Shown piece by piece: positions 1 to 15,000 of a stretch of 64,000 nt of DNA (positions are counted from its first letter, which is position 1; every line of letters begins with the position of its first letter). The DNA is from Tubiluchus corallicola (Eukaryota; Animalia; Priapulida): NCBI GenBank assembly GCA_030141605.1, contig JAQGDQ010000232.1, positions 124,001 through 188,000 of the forward strand. Direction: 5' to 3'. The notes below the pieces were generated by a model. The model was not told the DNA's origin. It searched no databases and saw only the letters and a program-made list of their open reading frames with translations. The position numbers were made by a program, and so were the translations under genes.

Positions 1-3000
1 CAGGGGACAATCCTGATGCTCCAGCACCAAGGGAAATGATTGATCTTGAGGTAGCTACCTGTTGTTCTTAATATTCTGTTTTACTCAAAAGGCTTAATGC
101 CTAAAAAATTCCTATGTTGGTTAGTGGTATTCACTGTTTCGTTTTTCCAAGGCTGCTTTTTTACGGAATAGTGCTAACCCACAGTATTATACACTCTTGT
201 TAATTTTTGGCCTCTCCGCCATGGAAGGTATGCGACAGTTTTTACATTCTTACCAATACTAGTTTAACTATTTTTATCACTTGTACTCTTTTATCACGTA
301 ACTTTTTTCTTTGTGTTTTTATTATCTCTTGTTTCTGTGCAGTATTTTGTTTTAAATGAGGTCAAGTTCTCTCTTCTTTTCCTTATTTTTTTATAATCTT
401 ACAATGTTTCTTTCAGGCATCATTTGAAAAACTGGAAACAGAAATGACGGAGGCAAACACGAATGCAGAAGCCTTGAGACGAAATTATTTAGAACTCACA
501 GAGCTTAAACACATTCTTCGTAAGACCCAAGTGTTTTTTGAAGAGGTATGCTTTTAAACGTTAACAGTACTAAGAAGTAAATGTTACTAGGCATTATCAG
601 TGTTTTAACTTTACGTGTTTTATTTTTTTAATCTTGTCAATAAAATATTCGAGGGATTTCTTGTGTGAGAGATTTTTTCCAGCTGTTTTTTGGATAATTT
701 GAAGGTTAATGACATTTTTGTTAGTGGTGTGTTGTTGGGAAGTCACAAAAAACATGTTTTAGACACTTGAAAAGATTTTGTGCCTTTAAAGATAGCATAT
801 GAAATGCATATATAATCATCAAGCATTTAATTTATAATGCAAAACTGGGGCAACTTCAAAAAAAAAAAAAATGAAATAAAATAACAAAAACCGCAATAAT
901 TTGTCCAGTAAAGTAGGGCATCGCCACTCCACTTAACTTATTAGTACCGTTTCCGATAAAATGTCTTTTTTAAATTGACAGCGAATTACAGAAGACTTCT
1001 ACTTGCTTATACATGTAAATGTTTTTATAGATGGGACAGGGAGTAGCAGAGACCCTCATAATGACTGCAGCTGTTAGCACTCAGCAACTAGTTGAACCTT
1101 CCCCGCAACCTGCTGTTAGAGTTCCAAAAGCCTCTTCCACTGGAGGTGAACTTCAGCTGAGGTACACTCTACGATAATGTGTAATTAATTAATTATTGAC
1201 TTATTGGAGCTTTGAAATTAACATCTGTTTGAGCAGTTTTCAATAAAAAAAGTTGCAAAAGCATTATTTTTGTACTTTTGTACTAGCTTGCTGGTATGAC
1301 AATCTATTCCTGGTTTGATGTAATTTTCGTTTTTCGATGGTGGGTGTTTAACTGTTATCTAATATGTTTCAATTTAAAAAATTTGTTACCCTGGTAGCTT
1401 AGTAGTAGCTCCTAGCTGTGTCATAGTACTGATGCGATTTTTAGGAACTAAAACTATTTCTATAAGTGTGTAATTTCTCTTTTGGGCAAGCAGTTATTTG
1501 AAAAGCTAACCGCATTAATGTAGTTCATTATTTGCATTTTTGTATAGTTTTGTTACTGGTGTTATCGCTCGTGAACGAATACCATCATTCGAGCGACTCA
1601 TGTGGCGAGCAACTAGAGGCAATGCTTATCTGAAGTTTGCAGAAATTGAGATTCCACTTGAAGACCCAACAACGGTATAACTCTTTTACATTAGTTACAT
1701 TTTAGTAATAACAGGTACTTTCTGCCAGAACGTAAATACAGTTTACTTTTCATATTAATAGATAAACCACAACACAAATTATTATGCATTTATGGATTTT
1801 TGAAAAAATTAAAAATTTAAATAATGTGGAGATGTGGCACTAGAATATAAATTAAGTGCTCCAAGTATCGTCCCATATTTATAAGTAGCGAACACTGTGA
1901 TGTTTAAGACCATCGTACAGGTGATATTCCTCCTATGTATCACAAATGGCATGATTTTGGTTTATTGTTTATTGCATTTCACTTTATAGGGTTATCAAGT
2001 CAACAAATCTGTCTTCATCGTTTTCTACCAGGGCGAACAACTGAAGACGAAAGTTAGAAAAATTTGCGAAGGGTTAGTGTAGTAACGGCTAATGTTTGCT
2101 CTCTATGACCATGTTAAGTTGATAAAACTGAGTGTGAAAATCATACTGAACGATTTTCATTTCAAGGGAATTTCACCACAGCAGAGTGTATGTAATGATA
2201 ACTTTCATTTAGCTTTGTTATTTCAAATAAAAAGCTGTGGTTAAGATTTGAATTGACATCCGGAGTACGTAATCATATCCACACAGGGTGTACCTTTTAC
2301 CTTCTCTGTTTGCTACAACAGATTGGGTGGATAGTAAACGTTGGTGATCCATACCCTATTGTAATTCTTAAATGTTAAATTAATGGTCAACTCAAAGTAG
2401 GATTGTGTTGCATTTCTACAAACATTTCAAAAGCTGTAGCATCTGTAAGTTCAAAACTAAACAATAATAAATGTTCCAAAAGTACATTTTTGTCAAAAAA
2501 TTGCAGGTTCTGATGTGTCTTTTTTATATTTCCCGATGGTGATACAAAATGAAAATTTAGATTAATATTGTGGACCGGTACTATATTTACCAACTGTATT
2601 TGCAAGTAGATATTGTTATATCTAAATACAAAATAAGAAAAAAATATTTAAACATCTACTGTTTTAGATAGAGTTGGAACTGGACTAGAAGTCCAGATCC
2701 AGAGATTTGGGTCTCTTAAACTTTTAGCAATGTGTAGGGCTATATTATGTTTCTTTAATAAACCGTATTTTCTGTCCTTCTTAGCAAATCTACACACGAG
2801 CTTTAATAAGACTCATAGCTCCAATTAAAAATCTTATCAAGTAAAAACGTGTTTGTTTGAAAACTTAAATAAAACCGTATTTGGATGAATTTCAGCACAC
2901 CTAGAACAGATGCTGTTCAATCTTTTCAGGTTTCGTGCAACCCTTTACCCCTGTCCAACAACACCACTTGAGAGACAGGAAATGGCTATCGGTGTCATGA

Positions 3001-6000
3001 CACGTATAGAAGACTTAAATACTGTAAGTCTTAAAAATAAATTTAAAAATTTGTCTGCACTCATGTAGATGAGTTATATTTCAATTGAATATGAGGAGCG
3101 TGTTTATTATTCACCTTTAAAACATTTGATTGGCTGGCTTTCATACATGTTTTGTTTTTTATCGTTTCTCATGGTAGTTAGCTAAATAATTTTTATAACA
3201 AATTTTGGATGTGTTTTGTTGCTTTAAGTTAACTGTTACAATTTAGTTTGATTAAGAACCTTAAGTTCTCTCACTTACCTATTTTCTGTTTTCTATTCTT
3301 TTACTGTAAATATTATTATTTGATAAGATTGCATTTTCACTATTAGCTTAGTTTGCTAGACCAAGGCTTATATACAGGATCATATATAGATTAATCTGAA
3401 AATAGCACTGAAATATCAAGCATCTATAAGCATAATTGTGAAGCATAAGTTATAACTACTGTAGTACTGTGTGTTTATTGCTATATTATGTGAAAATAAA
3501 AATTCTTGAATTCTTTAACTCTTGAATTTAAAATCATAATATGTCAATTTACGATAGATAATTAGTGAGTGGTGTTCCCAAATTCAACTTCTTTCTCAAA
3601 GCCTACTGTTGAATTTGGTAGATGACCACTGGTATATGCCTATACATTACACCAAACTTGTGAAAATTGAGTGAAAGCTTATTTAGGTTGTGCAAAGGTT
3701 GCGCACTCTACTTTTTGCATTAACTTTATTTAATACGCCTAATTCAGTCAGTTTTCTCTTACGCCTTAGCATATTTAAAAGTTGTGCATTTACTAATTAG
3801 CATCCTGCCCACTGCCATCCATTGATGCAATTTGACACTGAAGGAAGAAGAGAAATTTTGATTTTTGTTTGTTATTTTACGAAGTTTTTTAACGTGAGCA
3901 ATGGTTCATGATGGCCATTTATCTTTAGGTTATAGGACAGACAGAAGATCATCGTCATCGTGTGCTGGTAGCTGCTGCGAAGAATATCAAAGTCTGGTTC
4001 ACCAAGGTGCGAAAGATCAAAGCAATATACCACACGTTAAACCAGTTTAACCTAGACGTTACCCAAAAGTGTTTGATTGCAGAATGCTGGTGTCCTGTGA
4101 TAGACTTGGACAAGATACAGATAGCTTTACGGCGTGGGACAGTGAGTATAGGTTTTGCTATTATTTGTTATGTTACATGCAACAGGTGCCATTTTTAAAA
4201 AAATGCTATTTTATAAACGTCACTGTATTGTAATACATGTTGCCTTGCTTAGTTTTTATTATTCAGCTGTGTTGGTAAGTGACAAATATCAGAAATTATC
4301 TGGTATTGCTTTCTTTCATACTACATTATCACTAGGTTCATTTACTGCAATGATAGAGGGTGATCACTGATCAGCCTCTACTAATTTGTTTAGTGTAAAA
4401 ATTAATGTACTAGTTACATGAAAAATTCTTTATTTGGCCATATGGGCTATCAAGGATAATTTTTATGCTAATCTTATTTACGGATGAACAGGTAAAGGAC
4501 TCCAAGTTACAGTCGCTGTGACAACAAACATCGTTAGCCATAAGGTATTTAAGCAGCAGTTAATGAACATAACAACACTGAGATGCTACAAATGAATAAC
4601 ATAGATAATGACTTTTGCAGCGATTTAGGTGGTTGTGAAATTCAAACCTTTACTGTGAGTAGAGTAGCATCCATTGTCCATTACCTTAACTACGCGGCGA
4701 TCACTTATAAATGATGAATAAGAAATAAATTAGGAGATAAAAATAAATAACAAATAAATAAATTAGGTAAGATGATACTGATCAGTTTGCCCAAGATTTT
4801 GAAAGACAAGCTATTTTTATTCCTATTAAGGTTGTTTTTTTGTTTATTGCATGTGTTTTTATCTATTATTAACTGTTTTTAGTTCTATTTTATATTATAC
4901 TATAAACATTATAGATGGTATGCACTGTGCAACACTGTTAAAACTAGATGTCAGTATCACAGATTGCTAAAAATACAGTGTTTAAATTGATTTTTGCATT
5001 TTTGGTGTTTATATGTTTAGTTGCCGACTTGCACAGATACTTATATGACGTTCATTGATTTGTGGAGAGTTCTTGATCTAATAAAACTTCCAGGCAACTC
5101 TGACTTTAAAGCGTTATCGTTAAATAATTTACCAGTTAATAATTATAAACTACAAAGGATTTTGTGTTTTAACATTAGTTCTTTATCATTAATAATATCA
5201 AAATATTATTTTTCTCTGCCATGCAATTATTCCCATTTTTTTCAATTTGTATACATTTCACCATTGTTTGATAAGTGGTTATATGAAGAATTGTGAAATC
5301 ACAAATGATTTCCTGGTATTTAGAATTCGATGGAATTCTCGAGTACTTGATTTTGCTTTCAAAATTGGGAGTAGTTGTTGACTTATTACATGAAATTCTG
5401 CCTGGAGAGCAAATACATCTACTGGATGATGAGTTTACCTTTCTAACCGTGCATTTAGACTAAACATTGTAGAGATTCAGTTTCATCATCTTTGTTTACT
5501 TAACCAGATTCTTGCTACTGCATTCATTATATTTCATTAGTCAACTTTAATAAAAAAATGAGTGTACTAATTCAAAGGGCATTTTTACTGTCTAGCTATT
5601 ATTCTTATAAGTCAACATTTCAAAAAATTTTTCAGAACTGATGGCAAATAAAATGTACACGTGTTATTGGCGATGAAATGTACCCTCTGGTGCAATTGTG
5701 CTGTAGTAACTCACCACAGCAATGATAGTGATAGTCATTGATTTCTTCTGAATTTACTATCGGATCAAAATCACATACAAAACCATGTTGCCACTAGACT
5801 AGAACAGAGCAAAGAGTTTACCTGCATCATACTGAATTGTTTTCAAGTTCTAATTTACAATTTTTATATTCATCTGAACTGTTAATAGCATTTTCGTTAT
5901 GCATGTGATTATTTTTGCTAAAAACACCCAGTTTTTAAATATGACATTTCTTAATGGAAAAGGTTGTAAAGCATATCCGACCTACACTTAAAAGTCATCA

Positions 6001-9000
6001 GTGATGGCTGCGAATCAGGCAATTGACTAGTCCATATTTTATCAATTTTTATAGCAAAATTTATTTTACAACTCATTATTTTTTCACAGTCAGATATTGT
6101 GAGCACATTATAATAATAGAATTTAGTAAGAAGCAACTAATGGGTTGAATTTTTAAGTAATTAGTTTGATTCTGTCTAAAAATGTTTGCATTTGGACTTG
6201 ATGTAGAAAATGCTGACCATTTTTGTCTGTGGAACAATTAGCATTTTTTTTGTTGTTTGTAAGGAGAGAAGTGGTGCCTCTGTACCGTCCATTTTGAATC
6301 GTATGCAGACTAAAGAGAATCCTCCAACCTACAACCGCATAAACAAATTCACAGCCGGATTCCAAAACTTAGTTGATGCTTATGGAGTCGCTGATTATAG
6401 AGAAGTTAATCCAGGTACAATTGGTTTCTAGTAAGGAGATTAAGGATGGAACACTCAATATGTTGTTTTCGAAGTCACTGCATTAGATCAAAACATACAA
6501 TCCCTACCTCACAGGATAGACAGAGTTCCCGGCACTGTGTTCTATCAACTTGAAGGGGAAAAATGGAATGTCAAAGTATACCCCAAATAACTTTCCGTAC
6601 AAAGTTGTAACATGAAATAATTTGATCAAATCAATTTTTTACATTAATTTTCCCAAAAGGTCAGTAGTCACTCGCGCAAAGGGGCTACAGTATAAGCATG
6701 CAGATATAAATGCATGTCCAGAGAAATAGAATTCAGTTAACTAATTTGTTTGTGGTATGAGTCTTATTTATATTAGCATTTAAGCTTTTCATATATGCTT
6801 TCAAGTTTAGTTTCAAGATTGAATAAATCTGTGTTTCTATCATTGACAAATAGTTTTGGAAAATTGTTGTTCATTTATTTGCAGCTCCGTACACTATTAT
6901 CACCTTCCCATTCATCTTTGCTGTAATGTTTGGTGATGCTGGACATGGAGTGCTCATGGCTTTGTTTGCTTTGTGGATGGTGCTAAAAGAAAAACAACTA
7001 ATGGCAAAGAAAAGTGATAACGAAGTATTAACAATAAAGATGCCACACCATAATAATTTCATTTAATTTAAAAATTATGTTGATTTACATTTTAAGTAAT
7101 TGAGAAAATCTAAATTTAACTCGAATAGTGCAGTAAAATCGACTCAAAATTGATTTACTTCCAAAAAAATGTGCAGAGTTTTCTGTCAATTTTTGCTTTT
7201 CATAAAAACTGCACCCAAGCAAATTTTATCACTGTTTAAAAATAAGCAGTTATATATTTTGTTATTAATGAGGTATAAACGATTTTCTTCACACATATGA
7301 GCTGTGAATTAATACAATTTTATTCTCTGTTACAGATATGGAACACATTTTTCGGGGGTCGCTATATTATACTCTTAATGGGAATTTTTTCCATTTACAC
7401 TGGCCTTATTTATAATGACGCTTTCTCAAAGTCACTCAATATCTTTGGCTCTAAGTGGGCATCAAATTGGACGTAAGTAGAGTACTAGTCTGTTAGATCT
7501 GGTTTATGCCAGTGCCTGCAGCTGGTTACAAAATACATTATTATAGTTGTCTCACCGGAGTAAGCAACTGTAAAATTATCGGTTATATCTATCCGGTTCT
7601 GTCTATGTGTTTGTCTATCTGTCTGCCTGTCACCTGTTTTTCCTGGCTGTGGAGTAATGTAGAAAGTTGGTGCGGGTGGATTAGACTCGGACTCTATAAA
7701 TTTTTAGGTCAGTTGGTGCAGATTTGGATTTTTTACAACTTTTTAATGATTCGTGTATTACAGCTCATGCTGCAATCTTCTTACACAGCCAAACTAATTA
7801 CGACTGGCTAGTAAAGTATCAGATAACAAGAATCAGTAACACGTGTTTTCTTCTAAAACCAGGCCATTATGGTTGCTGTACATGTTTTCACAGAGTTTAG
7901 TATCATTTAAAATTGGAAAATATGAATATACTGTTTGATATTTCATTTACTGTGGGCATTGTTATTTAAAGCTTTAAACTCATGGGCATTGTGAGTTGGA
8001 CATATCATTTAAAAATTTTTCACTTAAAAATGAATCTTCCAGTTTTGTCTGTATCGAATTGTAACATGAACTAGCCAAATACTCTATATGACAGTAGTTG
8101 CTTTGTCACTAAAATTTAGTATCACTTAAAGTGTCAATGCAGAAAATAGTTCTTTACAGTAGTCTCAAAATGTACCGATCTCATTGGGGCAATAAATCTT
8201 TTTAACCCGTTTGGAATATTCAGCTGTTGGCCTGTGACCTCTGACTCTTGGCTACAGCTTCAAGAACAGTGCTGCTTGTGATAATCCCTCGAGTCATAAG
8301 CATTTCACACCTACAAGACACTGTTTAAATATTAGAGCACAGTGTAACAACAGATGTCTTCAAGGTGTTAAAACTGACATGAAGTTTTTTACCGCTTTTT
8401 CACAAATAGAGATACTTATCTACATTTCAATATTATTAGGAGAAAATAAGCACATGTAAGTACAAAATGTGCAAATGAAGAGCTGTTGAATTTGGACATG
8501 CTTTATTATTTTAGATATACTTTTAACTAAAGTTTGCTAAATAAGCTGCTTCTTGATGAAAGAGCATCGAATACTGAAGCCGAACCATCTGTGAGGCTCT
8601 GACATTTGCTTAAACATGTGCATATTTAATATCAGAAATTAATAAATTTGTGATATTTTGCTTATAGGGAAGAAGATATAGAGCACCACGAATCCTTGCA
8701 AATGTGTCCAAATCGTTATAATTGCAGTGATGTGCAGGGAAAGCCAATCCACAAGGATTACTTTGGTTATCCTTATCCATTTGGAATTGATCCGGTATAT
8801 CCAGCTCTTGTTTGCTACTGTTTTTCCTACTGAAAATTTTCAAGTGTTTGTGAAATAAAGTCATGTTAAGCTTTGGTTGTTAAGCTTTCTTGCTATGCAG
8901 AAACTGTGCGTTCTTGATGGGAAGTCGAGCAGTACAGTTATAGATTCCAAGGTGCCAAACTGATTCTTTTTTTGCTTTCTAAGACCAAATACTTTTTTGT

Positions 9001-12000
9001 TTTATGCCTGTACTTTCGAAATAATTTTACTGAGTGACTTGAAGGTAGAGGTTATCATTACATAGCTTACCAGACTTGTGAATTGTTTTTTAGATCTGGC
9101 AAATTTCGGTAAACAAGATCACTTATACAAATTCTTACAAGATGAAACTGTCTATCACTCTTGGTGTTGTTCAAATGTTGTTTGGCATTGTACTCAGCAT
9201 TTTCAATCACAGGTAAAAACATGCTTCAATTTGCTCTTTGTTCAACAAAAAGGCGCGTTGTTGCTCTATCACTTTACTAAATTAAATTTGTTTTAGTCAA
9301 ATTTTTATGAGTTTACAGTTCACCGGATAACAAGTTTTTGCAGTTTCCATGTTTTAGCATACTTGTGAAACATGTAACATTGGTCATGTCATCAGGTTTC
9401 CTATTTAGAAATGTTTTGTTTTTGTGTTTTTATTGTTTAACAGTGTCCTCTTCTTGTAAGTTTTATTTTTATTTTTTTAGTTTTTCGCCTGTGTGTCTGT
9501 GTATCGAGTGTTACCTGTTACCTATCCACTTTGTACCTAATGGCACATAAGCCTCTTCTACTCTTCTCTGTCAACAGTTTGCCTCATTTCAGCTTCATTT
9601 GCTTGCTAGCTGCTGCAGTACTGAGTGAAGGCTTTCTAAAATTGAAGGAATGGTAGATAAGTGGATAAGTAGATGAAAGTTTAATATTTAGGGTGGTTAT
9701 AGCTGAATGTTCTACTCTTGTTTTCTGTTGAATCCGTTTCCAATCAGTGAAATTTTTTCCAAGGTTGTTTTTGAAAAACAAACCTTTGCCTGTGATACAT
9801 CCTACTGTCCACTTTATCCAGCTATCATAATGGAGTCAATGATACGTGTTGGACTCTTTTATAGAATACACCCAGTTTTATATATTGAAAAAACTATTTT
9901 TAGTTCTACCAGTCAGTGTTCTTTGTTCTTGCTATGTGTATATGAAGCTGCATGTATACACAAAACGCAAGTGTTTAACTGCTAAGGTAGATTAGCCATT
10001 CACCTGAGTGAGCAGTTTCTTAATTGTAGAGGATTTTTATAGCTTAAATGATTCATTTTGTTTTCAGGTACTTCAAACGACCATTGAATATCATTGCAGA
10101 ATTTATTCCCCAGCTCATCTTTATTAACTGCATATTTGGGTACCTTGTCATTCTTGTCTTTGTCAAGTGGATTGCTTACACTGGAGAGGATGCAGCATGT
10201 GCTCCTAGCCTGCTGCTAGGATTGATAAATATGTTCATGTTTAAGTATGTTCCTGATGATGCTGAACCATGTTCACAGAGGAACATATATCATGCACAGG
10301 TTTGTATAGAGATGTAGTGAGAGTGGGTGAGATCTTCTTGCCCATTCGTATGTATAAATGTAAACTATGCTGCGACAAAAAGTATTTTGTTTTCTATGAA
10401 CATGGTAGCTATTTTGCTCATTGAATAATGTTGACTGACTTTTAGTGCTTGAAAAAGGCACTGACATAATTATAGGTAAATTTTGCAAGAGAATTGATTT
10501 AAGACCGTAATGTGCCCTTACAGAAGTCTGTTTTCTGGTTCCAAAACAATAAAAATTTTGTCGTTGTGGGACAGCAAATGTCGTTAGAAGTAGTCTTTAT
10601 TTTGTAGACAAGAGAATCAAATCTGAAAGTCAGGTGACAAAACTTTGTCAAAGTATTCTGTATTAAAATTAATTGGAATGTCATCTGAAGTCAATATCTG
10701 TGATATTTAAAATTCCCACATACAACACATATGTAGGGCCAATTTATATTTATAAGTCTGCTTGGTGCAAACACTTTCTTGGACGTTTCAGAACAGTACA
10801 TATCTTATTTTTTGTACATTGTAGAACTGGATAATGCAGATTTACATTAGTGGATCATTAAGAAAATTAAATTCAAGTGTTAGGAAGGATTAACATTAAG
10901 TGAGAGAAAAACACTGATAAGAGAACATGAAGTGAGAGAAAAACACTGATGTGAGAACATGAAGTGAGAGAAAAACACTGATGTGAGAACATGAAGTGAG
11001 AGAAAAACACTGATGTGAGAACATGAAGTGAAAGATAAACACTGACGATAGAATGTGAAGTGAAACACTGAGGAGAGAACATATACTGAGAGATAAACAC
11101 TGATGTGAGAACATCAAGTGAGATGTAAACACTGATGAGAGAACATGGAGTGAGAGATAAACACTGATGTGAGAACATGGAGTAAGAGATAAACACTGAT
11201 GTGAGAACATGGAGTAAGAGATAAACACTGATGTGAGAACATCAAGTGAAAGATAAACACTGACGATAGAATGTGAAGTGAAACACTGAGGAGAGAACAT
11301 ATACTGAGAGATAAACACTGATGTGAGAACATCAAGTGAGATGTAAACACTGATGAGAGAACATGGAGTGAGAGATAAACACTGATGTGAGAACATCGAG
11401 TGAGAGGTAAACACTGATGAGAGAACATGGAGTGAGAGATAAACACTGATGTGAGAACATGGAGTAAGAGATAAACACTGATGTGAGAACATCGAGTGAG
11501 AGGTGAACACTGATGTGAGAACGTGGAGTGAGAGATAAACACTGATGTGAGAACATCGAGTGAGAGGTAAACACTGATGTGAGAACATCGAGTGAGAGAT
11601 AAACACTGATGTGAGAACATGGAGTGAGAGATAAACACTGATGTGAGAACATGGAGTGAGAGATAAACACTGATGTGAGAACATGGAGTAAGAGATAAAC
11701 ACTGATGAGAGAGAACATGGAGTGAGAGATAAACACTGATGTGAGAACATCAAGTGAGAGGTAAACACTGATGAGAGAACATGGAGTGAGAGATAAACAC
11801 TGATGAGAGAACATGGAGTGAGAGATAAACACTGATGAGAGAACATGGAGTGAGAGATAAACACTGATGTGAGAGCATCAAGTGAAAGGTAAACACTGAT
11901 GAGAGAACATGGAGTGAGAGATAAACACTGATGAGAGAACATGGAGTGAGAGGTAAACACTGATGTGAGAACATGGAATGAGAGATAAACACTGACGAGA

Positions 12001-15000
12001 GAACATGAGTGAGAGAATATGGACTGAGAGAACATGAAGTGAGAGATAAACACTAATGAGAGAACATGAAGTGAGAGATAAACATTGATGAGAGAACATG
12101 AATTGAGAGATAAACACTGATACGAGAACATGAAGAGAAAGATAAGCACAACCTTTGCTTCATGGGAGAACATGAAGCGAGAGATAAACACTGATGAGAG
12201 AACATGAATTGAGAGATAAACACTGATACGAAAACATGAAGAAAAAGATAAGCACTGATGTGAGAACATGAAGCGAGAGATGAACACCGATGAGAAAAAT
12301 CTGCAAAAAAGTAATGCTTTTCCTTTCAACATAATCAACTTTTAATTTTTGTTCAGTAGTGTATTTTTAACGTATTGTATCTATTTTCTTCAGCCAGCGC
12401 TGCAATACATTCTAGTTGTCCTTGCTGCCATTTGTGTTCCCTGGCTTTTGCTGTTAAAACCTTTTGTACTGCGACATAGACATCTAAAAAGCTCTACCAA
12501 GGTGAGGGATACTTGATATGTTTTAATTATCGTAACATCTAAAATTGGCTAATCTGAGTCAAGGATATTAAGTTGAGGGATACCTAGACAACTTGGACAA
12601 ATACTTATCATTTCAATAGAATATGTCTAATCATTTACATTACATGTGTTGTGTATGATAATTCAACATTGCAGGACATATGTAATATGATTGAGTATTT
12701 GACTGATTAGACAGTTTAATGGAATTTTCCCTGTTTTCTTTTTTGGGTTATTTCTCTTTCGCAACCAGTTTCAACAAGTTTAGTGTAAAAATAATCAATG
12801 GAGACTTGGAAATATGAGATTGAAACCAACCTTGATTTCTATTTCTGGTACCATCTTGTAAAAAGTGTTGTCTTTTAAAGGTGTAAAAGGGTTTAGTAAC
12901 TTTCTGAGAAGCAATAATTGCCCTGTATAGCCTCTCAAAGATTAACTTAGTGTTTGAATTAAGATATTTGTCTGTATCATAGGGTGCAATATTAAGCGTA
13001 ATCTTGTCCATTTTTTAATGATACATGTACCTACTAAATTTTACTGCATTAAGATTCTAACTAATTGTCTGATCTATTTGCATTATCACTATTCTAATGC
13101 TGCATTAAGCTTGATATAGCAGTAGCCCCCATATGCATATATATGTTTCATAAAATGGGATTTCTGACTGAAGTTTTTGAGATATACACACTAATAGTAG
13201 TAATAGTGTTACTATTTAATTACTACTAGAATAACAATATCCTTCTGTTTTTCAGAGGCAGCTAGTTGAAAGTGGGGAACTTCGTGATCCGGCAGGCGTA
13301 CAAACTACTGTGATTGATAATGATGTTACTCAGGTGGTACAAGAAGGGAGCATTCCAGAAAGTTCTACTGAGCATAGACATGAAGAAGAAGAGGTGTGTT
13401 TGGTCACTTACTTGCATTTTAATATTACATTCATATTATTTAAACAGTAAAACAGAGAAAACTGCTTGAAGTTCAAATCTGTAGCTGAATAGAGTTTCAT
13501 CATACCAACAGTTCATTTGAGTAACAAACAGGAGAGCCTGGGCTCTTCAGGAGTATTACTTCTATCATTCGTTACTTATGTCAGATTTGCAGATGTGATA
13601 AAAATTCTCTTAACTGATGATGTAACAGCATCGTGTGAGCAATAAATATCAATGTGATTTTGTAAATGTGCATCAGCATATTGGATTAATTATTTATTTT
13701 ATTATTCACAATCAGTTAATTTGCTTGTGTAAGGCCTCCCTTACTACAGCAGTTTTGATGTGAACGACACAGTTCTGGTTTCAGTTTTTCTCTGATGCCC
13801 TGATCTCACCCATCATCAGCTACAGACATGATATTTAAATATGATATGAAGTTCAGCATTTTCTGTATTAATTTTATCTACAAAAATGTTGCAAATGAAA
13901 CACTGCATATAGTTTTACTACCTGTCAGTTAGTTTCCTTTGTTAACCTAGTAAGATGTCTTCATACCAGCACTTTTACCAATTTGCATTCTTACATAAAC
14001 AGCTTCACTTAACCTTTTTTCTTTCAGTTTGAATTTGGAGAGGTGTTCGTCCATCAGTGCATTCACACCATAGAATATTGTCTGGGATGTATCTCACATA
14101 CAGCGTCATATCTACGACTCTGGGCTCTTAGTCTAGCCCATGGCCGTGAGTGTTTTCAGCAGTTCCCACTTTTCAGTTTGGCGAGTTACCACTGAACTTC
14201 ACCTTGTTAAGAATAGTCTTAATTCTATTATTTCATCTTTAGAATAATTTTTCTGAGTGCTTTGTCCTCATTGTTTGCGATGAAACAAAATCCAAACCAA
14301 AAAATACATTTCAATTTGCCCAACGCACTCTGGCACTGACTATGTGCAAAAAACAAACTTTTGCTATAATAATTAACCTACCTTGCTGGTGGTGAATAAA
14401 AGTGTTAACATCACAGCACTGTCCTGCTTCTGATAGGAAAAAAATCGTGAAACTGAATTGTAGAATTACATTTGTTCCCTACTGTTGGTTGCGTTAAATT
14501 GCTGAATTAAACTGGTGGCATGTGTCAAGGATTAGACAAGATAAGTGAAACTTTACATTTTGTCTGAACGTAATTGTATAATGCAGGTAACAGACAAAAG
14601 GAATAGGTTTCGCATAAAGTTTGATTTAAGCTTCTATGATAAGATGAGATACTGAACCAGCAGAGGCGTCCTAGTGTTCTAACCACATTTGGGTGCATAT
14701 ATGCTCTCCCTTAGTAAGAGAATTAGCTAGATACATATAGCAGTTAGAACCACACAGAAGCAGTCTTTCTGGGAGTCGTGCATCCATTTACTAACCAGAC
14801 CCTGGCACTGCTTATCTGTCAGGTCCAAGCACTCATTGTGGTTATTCTGCTTTTCCTAAGCATTTCTTTTCTTCTAAAGAAAAGTGTATATCCAAAAAAG
14901 CAAAAACTTATTTTAGGACTTCTCAATCATACTATAAAAGTTGGTTTTGAAGAATTATTATTTTACAGAGCTGTCTGAAGTTTTATGGTCCATGGTGCTG

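Noticed and set aside
9578-9652. Possible 75-nt frame-preserving alternative exon in a V-ATPase intron
   Set aside because: The acceptor is reasonable, but the donor GTAGAT is weak and the peptide has no family similarity at a conserved membrane junction.
10873-12338. 480-aa and overlapping minus-strand ORFs; superficially CRISPR-like periodic array
   Set aside because: Head-to-tail 32-bp minisatellite with no unique spacers, inside a eukaryotic intron, and no cas genes. The ORFs arise because the unit has no stop codons.
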